Assembly: GCF_963921235.1 (NCBI RefSeq)
Contig: NC_086108.1
Coordinates: 14,818,001 to 14,882,000 of the forward strand
Direction: 5' to 3'
Source of the DNA: Mobula hypostoma
Taxonomy: Eukaryota
Length of the DNA: 64,000 nucleotides
In this document: positions 50,601 to 64,000 of the stretch, piece after piece
Position numbering within the stretch: position 1 is the stretch's first letter
How the letters are laid out: each line of letters opens with the position of its first letter
Notes under the pieces: model-generated
Told to the model about the DNA's origin: nothing
The model's database searches: none
The model's input: the letters and a program-made list of their open reading frames with translations, nothing else
Translations under genes and position numbers: made by a program

Positions 50601-52519
50601 GCTTTCGACCATAATTAACCTCAGTCCAGATGTGCATATACCTTATCTCTCAGAATCCTCCCATGTGAGTTACTTACCACACATGCTAGACTTATTGGCC
50701 AAAGGCTCCCATCTTTTGTTTTGCCTCACTTCTCACATAAAAACACAATATTTGTCATTTATTGAAGAATAAACAATTCTTGGTTCAAGCAGTTTGTTCC
50801 TCTGCCAAAGAATTGTGCAATCACATCTTATATATAGTTCCAGAGCAGCAAACTCCCAACTCAGTTAAAATATTTCAGGAATGATGAAAAACAAATTAAG
50901 TTCTGTCAACACCTTAATTCTATTCCAAATCCTCTTTCTGAAAATTTCTAAATCTCAGTGCAATACTCGTTGGTGGTAGCTAATCCCAAATGGTGTAACT
51001 AACATATAACTAAGAATACAAGGATTAACAGGGAAGCTAAACACTGGTGGACAAAACTCTCTCATTAAGGATCTGCATGACCTTTAGCCCTTCCACTCTG
51101 CCTTGAGTTTCAACCATTTGACCATAACACTTCCATGAAAATCAAAAATTATTTCCAGTCTGTGGATTCCACAAAAGCAAACTGTTCCATAACCCTTGAC
51201 CAAGAGCAAAGTGCCTGTAGCTTTCCATTCTGATCACAACTGATGACATCACTGAGCAGCAGCTGGCTCTGCTTATAGCTTCCTTCAAATCTGATTTGAC
51301 CAAAACTTTGAATCAAATCCAAAAAAATAATCTGTACCAAGGCAGAAGTTCCGAGCAACATACTTCAGCCATGAAAGGGCTTCCAGCAATCAGCTAAGCA
51401 AGTGCTGTGTTGACACCAGTTTCATTCTTGCCCTACTGTTTATGTTGAGAGAACTCGAATCCGGGAGATCATGCTGTGAGAGGCTGACAGTGTAGATCTT
51501 GGCTCAGGGCAACACTGCCAGACCCTATCAGCACATCCTCTATGCTTTTACATAAATAGGATTGGATTGAAGCCAAATCTAACCAGGAAAGACAAAACTG
51601 GAAAGGGATTCTCAGCAGGAGAAGAGAAGTACATCTCTGTTAGCATGGAAGTCAGGAACACACCAAATATCAGCTCAATGTTGCTTCACATCTTGACACT
51701 GCAACATTGCACAGATGTTGAGATGTCCCCTTGCTGAAATGTGCAAAGGGACTGGACACGGATCAGGCATCCCTAAGCCGTTAACAAGTCCCCAATATAG
51801 GGAGCAGTGGGGTCTGCAATAGTCCATTGCCAGAGGATCTGATCAGTTCACTCAGAGCAAAATGTTGGTCTTATTGGCAATGTTACTATGGAAACATAAG
51901 CCGTTCAACCCTTCAATCCTCAGTCTCAGTACACTATTCTTACTCATACCCCTGATGCTAGTTGTGTCCAAAACTCCTCCTCCTCCAGACCCTCTCAGCC
52001 ACTCCACCTCCACTGCACAGGATCAATCTCTTATCATCCAACATTTCTGAAACCTAACTGATGACCTGTCCTGCACACTCGTTCTCCAGCAAGTCTTCGG
52101 TGCTTTGAGACAAGGAGACTAGGAGTCTACATGCTACTCCAGGTGAGGTTGCACTAGGCCCTGTGTGATTGAAGTTAATCTGTTCTTGTCCCTGTGCTCA
52201 TATCCTCTTGCAATGCACCAGTCGTCATCTGAACTACCCGCTGCACCCATGTGTGAGGTTTCGGTGGCCCCTATGCAGGACCTCTTGAACCTTGTGGGCA
52301 GTTTGTGAGGCAAAGACTGCTCCAATGAACAGTGGATGTCCTTGGGTTATGATAGTTCCTGAGGACTGTCCATCATTACAGTAGAGGATCACAGAAACAG
52401 CTGTGATAGGGGAGCAAGAGGCATGGGAAGAGGGACTGCCGGGAGGCCTCACTGACTCAGAGAGTAAGTGAACCTGCTCAGTGATCCCAGCTCTGCTTGG
52501 CTCCACCATAATGTCATCA

Positions 52520-53690
52520 GAATGAGGCCACTCAGCCCATCAGCTCTGCTCCTCGATTCAATCATGCCACTTTTTTTTACAGTCCCATTCTCTGACCTTC
52601 TCCCTGTAACCCTTAACTCCTTTGCCATTCAAGAATCTATCAATCTCAGACTTGGTCTCCAAATCCTACAGATTCACCACCTTCTGGCTGAAGAAATTCT
52701 TCCTCATCTCCTTTCTAAGGGGATATTCTTTGAAAAAGTAACAAGCAGAATAGACAAAGGAGAATTGGTTGATGTTGTGCACTTGGATTTTCAGAAGGCA
52801 CCATACATGAGGCTGATTAACAAGCTATGAGCCTGTGGTATTACAGAAAAGATTCTAGCATGGATAAAGCATTGGCTGATTGGCAGGAGGCAACAACTGG
52901 GAATAAAAGGAGCATTTTCTGTTTAGCTGCCAGTGACTAGTGGTGTTCCACAGGGGTCTGTGTTGGGACCGATTCTTTTTACATTATATGTCAATGATTT
53001 GGATGATGAAATTGATGGCTTTGTTGCAAAGTTTGCAGACAATATGAAGATAAAAGGAGGGGCAGAGAGTTCAAAGGAAGTAAGAGATGGGCAAAGAAGT
53101 GGCAGATGGAATACAGTGTTGGAGAGTGTATGGTCATGCACTTTGGTAGAATAAATGAAAGGGTTGACTATTTTCTAAATGGAGAGAAAATACAAAAAAT
53201 CTGAGGTGCAAAGGGACTTGGGGAGTCCTTGTGCAGGATTCCCTAGAGGTTAATTTGCAGGTCAAGTCTGTGGTGAGGAAGATAAATGCAATGTTGGCAT
53301 TCATTTCAAGAGAACTAGAATACAAAAGCATCCTTTCAGAACAGAGATGTGGAGGAATTTCTTTAGCCAGAGAGTGGTGAATCTGTGGAATTCACTGCCA
53401 CAGGCAGCTGTGGAGGTCAAGTCTTTATGTATATTTAAGGCAGAGGTTGATAGGTTCTTAATTTGTCAGGGCATGAAGGGAACGGAGGTTGGGGCTAAAA
53501 GGGAAAATGGATCAGCCCATGATGAAATAACGGAGCAGATTCCATGGGCCAAATGGCCTAATTCTGCTTCTATACCTCATGGTCTTGTATTCCTTTGTTC
53601 TGAGGCTGTGCCGCCAGATCCAAGACTCTCTTATTAATGGAAACATCCTCTCCATGTCCACTGTATCAGGGCATTTCAGTATCTTTGCTC
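52520..53690 (-). mobile_element. CR1 3' end split by a plus-strand CR1
   Basis: 52520-52724 and 53590-53690 are colinear reverse CR1 3' sequence. Confidence 0.7.
52725..53588 (+). mobile_element. CR1 RT fragment with internal deletions
   Basis: VVHLDFQKA, SGVPQGSVLGP..AKFAD, FFSQRVVNLWNSLP. Confidence 0.9.
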
Positions 53691-54163
53691 ATTCTTGACC
53701 CCTTCTCCCTTCTGGTTCTATCCACCCATTTTACCCATGGGTTCCCATCCACCCCCCACACATCTGGTTCCAACTGTCAGTCACCTCTGTAATGGTTCCC
53801 ATTTTCACCTCCCCTACTGATCAGAGTCCTACTTTGCGTTCCTACTTATCCCCTTTCAGCAGCTCTCTCCAACATTTATCCTCCCCTCCCCCAACTTGCT
53901 CCATCTGTCGTATTTTTCCATTTTCTTCTCTCTCTCACTGTCTGTGTCCATGCATCGTTCTCCCCCCCCCACACCAAATCAGTTCTCCCACCTGCCATCT
54001 TACACCCCTCCCCAGTCCAACTTGGAATTCTTACTCGTCACTCCTCTCCTCTCTAAGTCCTCATGACCCAAAACATTGATATTTCCTTTCACACACACTC
54101 AGGAGAAGACGTACACATGTCATTTGTCACAGTGAAAGGCGTTGTTGCCATCAAATCAAATTA

Positions 54164-54492
54164 ATGATGAGAGGCATTGATCGTGTGGATAGCCAGAGGC
54201 TTTTACCCTGTGCTAAAATGGCAAACACGAGGGGGCATAGTTTTAAGGTGCTTGGAAGTATGTACAAGGGGAACGTCAGAGGTAAGTTTTTCACACAGAG
54301 AGTGGTGAGTGTGTGGAATGCACTGCTAGCGACCGTGGTCGAAGTGGATACGATAGGGTCTTTTATGGGACTCTTAGAAAGGTACTTGGAGCTTAGAAAA
54401 ATAGAGGGCTATGCAGTAGGGTAATTCTAGACAGTTTCTAGAGTAGAACTTTGTGGCCAAAGGGCCTGTAATGTGCTGTAGATTTCTATGAT
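54164..54492 (+). mobile_element. CR1 3' end
   Basis: MRGIDRVDSQ..TRGHSFKV..FFTQRVVSVWN. Confidence 0.88.
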
Positions 54493-54639
54493 TCGATGAA
54501 ATAAGTCAGGGTTATTATGCCAAAGCACCCAGAGGAAACCCACAGAGTCATGGGGAGTACATAGAAACTCCTTTCTGACAGTGGGATGAATTGAATCGAG
54601 ATCAAACAGTTGGTGTTGCACTAACCATAACACTCAGAT

Positions 54640-56375
54640 CCTGCAGTAGCATAGCAACAACATCTCCTCCACAATCCCTACAACCACAAGGCTGTATGCT
54701 TAGCCCCTGCTCTACTCGCTTTGACACTTATGGCTGTGTGGCTAATCTCAGCTCCAATGGCATATTTAAGACAACACCACTGTCAAGGACCAAATCAAAG
54801 GTGGTGATGAATCAGAATATAGGAGAGATATTGAAAATCTGGCTGAGTGGTGCCTCTTACTTAATGTCACCAAGGAGCTATTTATTAACTTCAGGAGGAG
54901 AAAATTAATGGTCCATGGACCAATCCTCATCGACGGATCAGAGGTGGAGAAGATCAGCAACTTCAAATTTCTTAGTGTTATTATTTCAGAGGCCTTTTCC
55001 TGAGCCCAGCACATAAGTGCAATTATGAAGCAAGCACGGCAGCAACTTTACTTCCTTAGGAGTTTGTGAAGATTCAGTATGACACATAAAACTTTCACAA
55101 ACTTCTATAGATGTGTACTGGAGAGTATATTAATTGGCTGCATCACAACCTGGTGCCCTTGAATGGAAAATCATAGAAAAAGTAGTGGATATGGCGCAGT
55201 CCATCACAGGTAAATCCCACCCCACTGCTGTGAACATCTACATGAAGCGTTGTTGCAGGAAAGTAGCATCCATCATTGGGAATACCCATGAACCAGGACA
55301 TGCTCTCTTCTCGCTGCCGTCATTAGGGAGAAGGTACAGGAGCCATCAGGTTAGACATAAACCAGTACAGCACAGCACAGACCACTCAGCCCACAGAGTT
55401 GTGCCGAACCAGCCAAAAACAGCCAAACACCGATCCCTCTTAACTACACAACGTACACATCCCTCCATCTTCCTTACATGCATGAGCCTATACCAACGTC
55501 TTTGAAAAGCCTCTAATGTATTTGCCTCCACAAGGCAGCACATTCCAGGCATCCACCACTGAGTAAAAAACTTACCCCCTCACACCTCCCTCTCACCTTC
55601 AATGCATGCCCTCTGGTATTAAACATTTCTACCCTGGGAAACAGATACTTCCCATCCACTCTATCTATGCCTCTCATAATCTTCTAAATCTCTATCAGAT
55701 CTCCCCTCAGCCTCCACTGCTCCAAAGAAAACAACCCAAGTTTATTCAGCCTCTCAGGCAGCATGCTGGTAAACCTCTTCTACACCCTGTCCGAAACCGC
55801 AACACCTTTCCCACAGTGGAGCAACCGGAACTGTGTGCAATACTCAGGTTGTGGCCTAACCAGAGTTTTATAATGTTGCAACAGGTTCAGGAACATTTAC
55901 TACCCCTCAGCCATCAGACTCTTAAATCATAGGGGATTTAACTTCACCTAACTTCATGCGTCCCATCACTGACATGTTTCCACAACCTATGGACTCACTT
56001 TCCAGGTCTCTTCACTCCATGTCCTCAATATTTATAGCTTATTTATTTGATTGTTTGTTTATTTATTTTTGTATTTTCATAGTTCGTTGTCTTATGCACA
56101 CTGGTCGATCTCCCAAGTAGGTGCAGAATTTCATTGATTCAATTATGGTTATTATTCTTAGTTTATTTAACTATATATATATATAGTAATTCACAGTATT
56201 TTTTTCTATATTTATAATGTATTGCATTGTACTCCTGCAACAAAGTTAACAATTTTCACAACATATGCCAGTGATATTATACCTGATTCTGATTCTGACT
56301 ATGCCCAAAAGAAAATGAATCTCAGGGTAGTATATGGTGACGTATATGTATTTTGATAATAAACTTACTTTGAAC
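54640..56375 (+). mobile_element. Rex1-like LINE 3' part with nested CR1 3' end (55352-55881, minus strand)
   Basis: PQGCMLSP, HALFSLPSLGRRYRS; same tail as the copy ending at 39592. Confidence 0.82.
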
Positions 56376-56589
56376 AGGCAGCCCCTGAGTAAAACCTATT
56401 AGGTCGGCTGCAGGTTGAAAAGTGCCAGCCAGGAATAGTTTGTTGGACTTTTTGCAGACGCATTAGGCGAAGGCAGGGCCAGTCAAAGGCCAGGAAAGGC
56501 AGTGTCATACACAGTCAACAGTCGATATTTTGGGCCATCAGGACTCATGATTGAAGGGTATCAGTCCAAAGCGTCAACGCTGTTTCGAC

Positions 56590-59500
56590 TGCGAGGCGCA
56601 GTAAGTGCTGCGTCAGAGGCCTACTGAAGGTCGGAGTGAGAATAGAAAAGTTGCAGATTTGGGTAAATCTGATCTTTTCTTGGAGGCTCGGACGCAAAAA
56701 GTGTTGGGAGAGAGAGAGAGAGTATAAAAGGAGTAGATTCAGGTAAGGCCCATCTTTTTTGCTGCACAAGCACTGTAAGTGTCAGCATCAGAGGCCTAAA
56801 CTCATCACCAAATAAGAGGAAGGTAGGGTCAGCAGAGCGGCCATGTTCAGAGTGTGCCAGTGACAGAGTGGGAAGGCTTTGGCTTGGCAGGCTTTGGTGA
56901 GAACAGGCAGAGGCACAGATAACAAGAGGTCAGCTTTTTTTTTCAGTTCAGAGTAGTCAGGATGGATTGCTCCTGTCAGGTTTATTTATTTATTGAGAGT
57001 AGGCCCTGTGGGAGTTCAGGATACCTGACAGTTTCCCTGATGACTATATCTGCAGGAAGTGCACCCAGCTTCAGCTCCTGACGGCCTGGCTGTAATGTGG
57101 GAGAGCAAGCTCGAGGATCCGACAAGTGAGACAGGAGACACAGATTTAAAAATGGGTACATGAGGTACATTCGGCTACCTTTTAAATAAACGGACACTCT
57201 GCTAAACCTCCCCGATTTATAAAACTCAAGAAATAAGCATGCTATGAACAGATACATAACAAACCGTCTATGTCTGCAATGCTCTCTCTCAGTGGTCCTT
57301 CAGGACGGGTCGTGAATTCAGGCTCTGTGTTTGGAAGGTAAGAAAGAGAGCAAACCCTCTGCACGTGCTAATTTTTACACCCCCGGGGTGCTCAGAGCTG
57401 GAATGTGCTCTGTGGCGCGTAAGCCAACCAAAGGGAAAAGAGCATTGCAGACTTTAAATGAACCAATCAGCAGGATGGAAGAATAAGCTACACCCTCCAG
57501 AGGACACCAGATCAAGGAGCTGGAGCTGGAATTGGATGTACTTAGGATCATCCAGGAGGCTGAAGACATTATTTGTTTATTATTTATTACAATAAAGCTT
57601 GGAATAGGCTTTTCCGGCCCCTTTGAGCCACGCCGCCCAGCAATCCCTGATTTAACCCTATTCTAATCATGGGACAATTTACAATGAGCAATTAACCTAC
57701 CAACCAGTACGTCCTTGGACTGTGGGAGGAAACTGAAGCACCCGGAGGAAACCCACGCGGTCACGGGGAGAAACTCCTTACCGGCGACGGTGGGATTTGA
57801 ACCTGGGTTGCCTGCACTGTAAAGCATCCTGCTAACCACTTTTGAAGAGGTGGTCACACCCAGAGTACAGGCTTCAGACAGTAGATGGATGACGACCAGG
57901 AGAGGTAAGGGGAATAAGAAGTCAGTGCAGGGTTTCCCTGTGGCCATTCCTCTCAGCAACAAGTACACGATATGTCTTTGGATACTGCTGGGGGAGTAAC
58001 CCAGCAGGGCACGGCAGCAGCAATCAGGCTGGTGACACCGTGACCGGCGCTGTGGCTTGACGGGGAAGGCTAAGGTCAGGTAGTGCTGTAGTTATGGGGG
58101 ACTCGATAGGTAGGGGGACAGACAGGAGATTCTGTGGCCGCAAAGGAGACACCAGGATGGTGTGTTGCCTCTTGGGTGCTAGGGTCCATGACGTATCAGA
58201 ATGGCTGCAGGATATTCTCAAGAGGAAGGGGAGAACAGCCAAAGGTCTTAGAGCATATTGCGCCAATGACACAGGCAGAAAAGAGGAAGAGTCAGTGAAG
58301 AATAAACAGGCAGTGAGTATATAGAATTAGGGGAGAGGCTGGAGAGGAAGACTCCCAAGGTTGTAATCTCTGGATTACTCCCTGTGCCACAGGCTAGTGC
58401 AGGTAGGAACGAGGTAATAGCATAGATGAATGAGTGGCTGTGGAGATGGTGCAGGGGACAAGGGTTCAAGTTCTTTGATCATTGGAACCTTTTCTGGGGA
58501 AGTGGTGATCTGTACAAGAGCGGCAGGTGGCACCTGAACTGTAGGGGAACCAGAATTCAGGCCGGGAGGTTTGCTGATGCTACTTGAGAGAATTTAATCT
58601 AGTTTTGCAGGGGACTGGGAACTGGAGGACCAGGTCAGTAAGGAAAGGATTGGACCCAGAAAGTAGATGTCAGGTGTATTAAATGGCAAAATCAAAATAA
58701 CAGGGATGTTAGGTTGGATAGTTTGGTATGTATATTTTAATGCTAGGAGTATCATAGGTAAAGGGTATGAACTTAGAGCATGGATCAGTACATGGAATTA
58801 TGATGTTGTAGCCATTACTGAAATTTGGTTGAGGGAGGTGCAGGAATGGGTGATTAATGTACCAGGTTTTCAAAGTTTTAGAAAAGATAGAGAAGGAGGT
58901 AAGGTGGGGGTGGTGTGGAGAGTTGCACTATAATTAGGGACAATATCACAACTACACTCAGAGGAGGAGACACTGAGTCCATTTGGGTAGAAGTCAGGAA
59001 TAGGAAGGATGCAATCATACTGATGTGATTGTACTACGGACCTTTCCAATAGCCACCAGGACAGATACGCAAACAGATTAAGGAAATGTGTAAAAATAAT
59101 AGGCTGCTGTCATGGAGGATTTCAGCTTCCCGAATATAAACTGGGACCCTCTTAGTGTAAGGGGTTTAGATGGGGCTGAATTTGTTAAGTGTATCCAGCA
59201 GGGCTTATTAAATCAATATGAGGACAATCCAACACGAGGAAGGGCTGTATTGGACCTGGTGTTAGGTAATGAGTTCAGCCAGGTGAATGACCTTTCAGTG
59301 GGTGAGCAGTTAGGGAACAGTGACTACAACTCCTCAGCTTTCAGGATAGTTATAGATAAGGATAGGTATGGCCTTGCAGGAGAGTTTTAAAGTGGAGTAG
59401 GGAAAATTACGAGGGCATTAGGCAGGAACTGAGTTAATTGGGAACACCTTTTCTCAGGGGAGCCCAGATCAGACAAGTGGAGTGTGTTTAAAGATCAATT

Positions 59501-59862
59501 GCACAGAGTACAAGAAAGGTATGTTCCTGTTCGAAGGAAAGGCCAGGATGGAAAGATTAGAGAACCTCAGATGTTGACAGAGATGAAGGATTTAGTCAAG
59601 AAGAAAAAGGAAAAGTATGTAAAGTTTCGGAAATTAGGATCAAATGGAGCACATGAGGAGTATTAAGAAGCCAGAAAAGAACTGAAGAAAGGAATTAGGA
59701 AAGCCAAGAGCAGCTATGAGAAGCCCTTGGCAAGTAGAATCCCCAGGCATTCTATATATACATCAAGAGCAAGAGGACAACTAGGGAGAGGATGGGACCA
59801 CTCAAGGATAAAAAGGAGAACATTTACTTGGACGAGGAGAATGTGAGTGAGGTACAGTACTT
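56590..59862 (+). mobile_element. CR1 5' half: UTR, ORF1 (zinc finger plus SGNH esterase), APE region of ORF2
   Basis: YICRKCTQLQLL, VMGDSIGRGTDRRFCG, VYFNARSIIGK..YDVVAITEIWL, PTRGRAVLDLVL..GNSDYN. Confidence 0.9.
57570..57840 (-). mobile_element. V-SINE-like SINE in CR1 ORF1
   Basis: Reverse V-domain GCACCCGGAGGAAACCCACGCGGTCACGGGGAGAA and B-box. Confidence 0.82.
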
Positions 59863-60375
59863 AATACATCAAAGTTGCTGGTGAACGCAGCAGGCCAGCC
59901 AGCATCTCCAGGAAGAGGTACAGTCGACGTTTCGGGCCGAGACCCTTCGTCAGGTCTAACTGAAAGAAATTTGAAAGTGGCGGGGGGAGGGGGAGATCCA
60001 AAATGATAGGAGAAGACAGGAGGGGGAGGGATGGAGCCAAGAGCTGGACAGGTGATTGGCAAAAGGGCTATGAGAGGATCATGGGACAGGAGGCCCAGGG
60101 AGAAGGAAAAGGGGGAGGGGGGCAAAAACCCAGAGGATGGGCAAGGGGTATAGTGAGAGGGACAGAGGGAGAAAAAGGAGAGAGAGAGAAAGAATGTGTG
60201 TATATAAATAAATAACGGATGGGGTACGAGGGGGAGGTGGGGCATTAGCGGAAGTTTGAGAAGTCAATGTTCATGCCATCAGGTTGGAGGCTACCCAGAC
60301 GGAATATAAGGTGTTGTTCCTCCAACCTGAGTGTGGCTTCATCTTGACAGTAGAGGAGGCCGTGGATAGACATAA
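59863..60375 (-). mobile_element. Penelope-like 3' end with hammerhead motif (59921-59957)
   Basis: MSIHGLLYCQDEATLRLEEQHLIFRLGSLQPDGMNIDFSNFR; CUGACGA-A-GGGUCUCGGCCC-GAAACGUC. Confidence 0.92.
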
Positions 60376-60423
60376 TCAGGAATGGGTAGTGTAGAAGCCT
60401 GGCAAATAATACAACGCAATATA

Positions 60424-62033
<1,610 letters not shown>

Positions 62034-62043
62034 TAGATCATAT

Positions 62044-62990
62044 TACCATATAACCATATAACAATTACAGCATGGAAACAGGCCATCCCCGCCTTCCTAG
62101 TCTTTGCCGAACTCTTACTCTCACCTAGTCCCACTGACTTGCACTCAGTCTATAACCCTCCATTCCTTTCCTGTCCATATATCTATCCAATTTAACTTTA
62201 AATGACAACATCAAACTCGCCTCAACCACTTCTGCTGAAAGTTCGTTCCAAACAGCTACCACTCTCTGAGTAAAGAAGTTCCCTCTCATGTTACCCCTTA
62301 ACTTTTGCCCTTTAACTCTCAACTCATGTCCTCTTGTTTGAATCTCCCCCATTCTCAATGGAAAAAGCCTATCCACTTCAACTCTATCAATACCCCTCAT
62401 AATTTTAAACACCTCTATCAAGTCCCCCCTCAACCTTCTATGCTCCAAAGAATAAAGACCTAACTTGTTTAACCTTTCCCTTTAACTTAGGAGATGAAAC
62501 CCAGGCAACATTTTAGTAAATCTCCTCTGTACTCTCTCAATTTTATTGATATCTTTCCTATAATTCAGTGACCAGAACTGTACACAATACTCCAAATTTG
62601 GCCTTACCAATGCCTTATACAATTTCAACATTACATCTCAACTTCTATACTCAATGCTCTGATTAATAAAGGCCAGCATACCAAAAGCTTTCTTCACCAA
62701 CCTATCCACATGAGATTCCATCTTCAGGGAACTATGCACCATTATTCCTGGATCCCTCTGTTCTACTGCATTCTTCAATGTCCTATTTTGATTAGTCCCA
62801 CCAAAATGTAGCACCTCACATTTATCGGCATTAAACTCCATCTACCATCTTTCAGCCCACTCTTCTAACTGGCCTAAATCTCTCTGTAAGCTTTGAAAGC
62901 CTACTTCATTATCCACAACACCACCTATCTTAGTATCATCTGCATACTTACTAATCCAATTTACCACCCCATCTTCCAGATCATTAATAT
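62044..62990 (-). mobile_element. CR1 3' part
   Basis: MEFNADKCEVLHFG; RRLRGDLIEVFKIM; (TATATGGT)n tail. Confidence 0.92.
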
Positions 62991-63805
62991 ATCAGTTGCA
63001 GATCTGGGCAGAGAAGTGGCAGATGGAGTTTAACCCAGATAAATGTGAGGTGTTGTACCTTGGTAGGGCAAATGCAAGGAGACAGTACACTGTTAAGGAC
63101 AAGACCCTTAACTGTGTTGGGGCCCAAGTTCATAGTTCCATGAAGATGACTGTACAGGTTGATAAGGTAGTTAAGAAGGCTGATGGAATGCTTGCTTTTA
63201 TTAGCTGAGGCATTGAGTTTAAAAGTCAAGAAGCTATGTTCCAACTTTATAAAGATCTGGTTTGGCTACTTCTTGACTATTGCAGTTCTGGTCACCCCAC
63301 TATAGGAAGGATGTTGTGGCTTCGGGAAGAAGGCAGAGAGGTTTACCAGGATGCTGCCTGGTTTGGAGGTCATGTGCTACTATCACAAGAGGCTGGACCA
63401 ACTTAGGTTGTTTTCTCTGGAGCAGCGGAGGCTGAGGAAGATCTGATAGAGGTTTATAAGATTATGAGAGGCAAAGATAGAGTATTCAGGGAGTATCTCT
63501 AGTTCCAGAGGGCATGCATTGAAGTTGAGAGGGACTACATTCAAAGGGGTATGAGTGATAAGTTTTTTATTCAGAATGGTGGATGCTTGGAATGTGTTAT
63601 GGGGGTAGAGGCAAATACACTAGAGGCTTTTAAGAGATGTTTAGATAGGCACGTGGATGTGAGGAAGATGGAGGGATATGGACATTGTGCAGGTAGGAGG
63701 GATTAGTGTTGGCGGGGGGGGGTGTTTGATTTACTTTTTTGCCAGTTCATCACAACATTGTGGGCTGAGGGGCCTTTTCCTGTGCTGTACTGTTCTGTGC
63801 TCTTT
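62991..63805 (+). mobile_element. CR1 3' part
   Basis: IWAEKWQMEFNPDKCEVL..KKADGMLAFIS; GCCTTTTCCTGTGCTGTACTGTTCT tail. Confidence 0.88.
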
Positions 63806-64000
63806 ATTTCACTCTGTAGATGCTGCTTGTCCCGATGACTTCTCCATTTCATCTCCGCTCGCAGATTATCTGTTGGTCCAGCTTCCTGTATCTACTGTCT
63901 CCTGTCAGTATCCGGTGAGTTGTGGCTCAGTGGGGTGGAGGGTTAGAGAAGGCGCACGGAGATACCTCATTCACACCCGGCTGAAGATCCCTGCAGCCTT

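Larger units (their letters stand above)
44190..50610 (-). mobile_element. Old CR1 3' part hosting a young CR1 and a Gypsy element
   Basis: Segments 44190-44318, 45066-45218 and 49928-50610 are colinear CR1 3' UTR/RT (RLRGDLKKVYKFM, EVLYFGKSN). Confidence 0.75.

Noticed and set aside
52080..52510. Possible exon or transposase remnant
   Set aside because: No identifiable motif; cannot be supported.
62980..63000. Head-to-head CR1 junction as a twin-priming inversion
   Set aside because: Both copies cover the same RT region and each has its own different 3' tail, so they are independent insertions.
63865..63914. 50-nt plus-strand exon with good splice signals
   Set aside because: The sequence aligns to the decayed Penelope terminal-repeat tail; splice-like motifs are probably incidental.

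Overview
Eukaryotic, repeat-saturated window with no recognisable host gene. The TE repertoire suggests a vertebrate, probably a cartilaginous fish (inference). It is a nested mosaic of decayed CR1 LINEs (dominant), Rex1/Babar-like and RTE LINE fragments, Penelope-like (GIY-YIG) remnants, three Ty3/Gypsy LTR relics (Sushi-like, CsRn1-like and a third), a complete but dead IR/DR Tc1 transposon, and tRNA-derived SINEs. Nearly all ORFs in the track are TE fragments or noise. The most interesting signal is catalytic RNA. First, a ~550 bp non-coding RTE-type element (43456-44008, 10-bp TSD) starts with a complete HDV-like double-pseudoknot fold that carries an unusual hairpin inside L3. Second, minimal type I hammerhead motifs recur in Penelope terminal repeats, including tiny and palindromic TSD-flanked insertions. 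Boundaries of decayed repeats are approximate, and family names come from motif recognition, not database searches.
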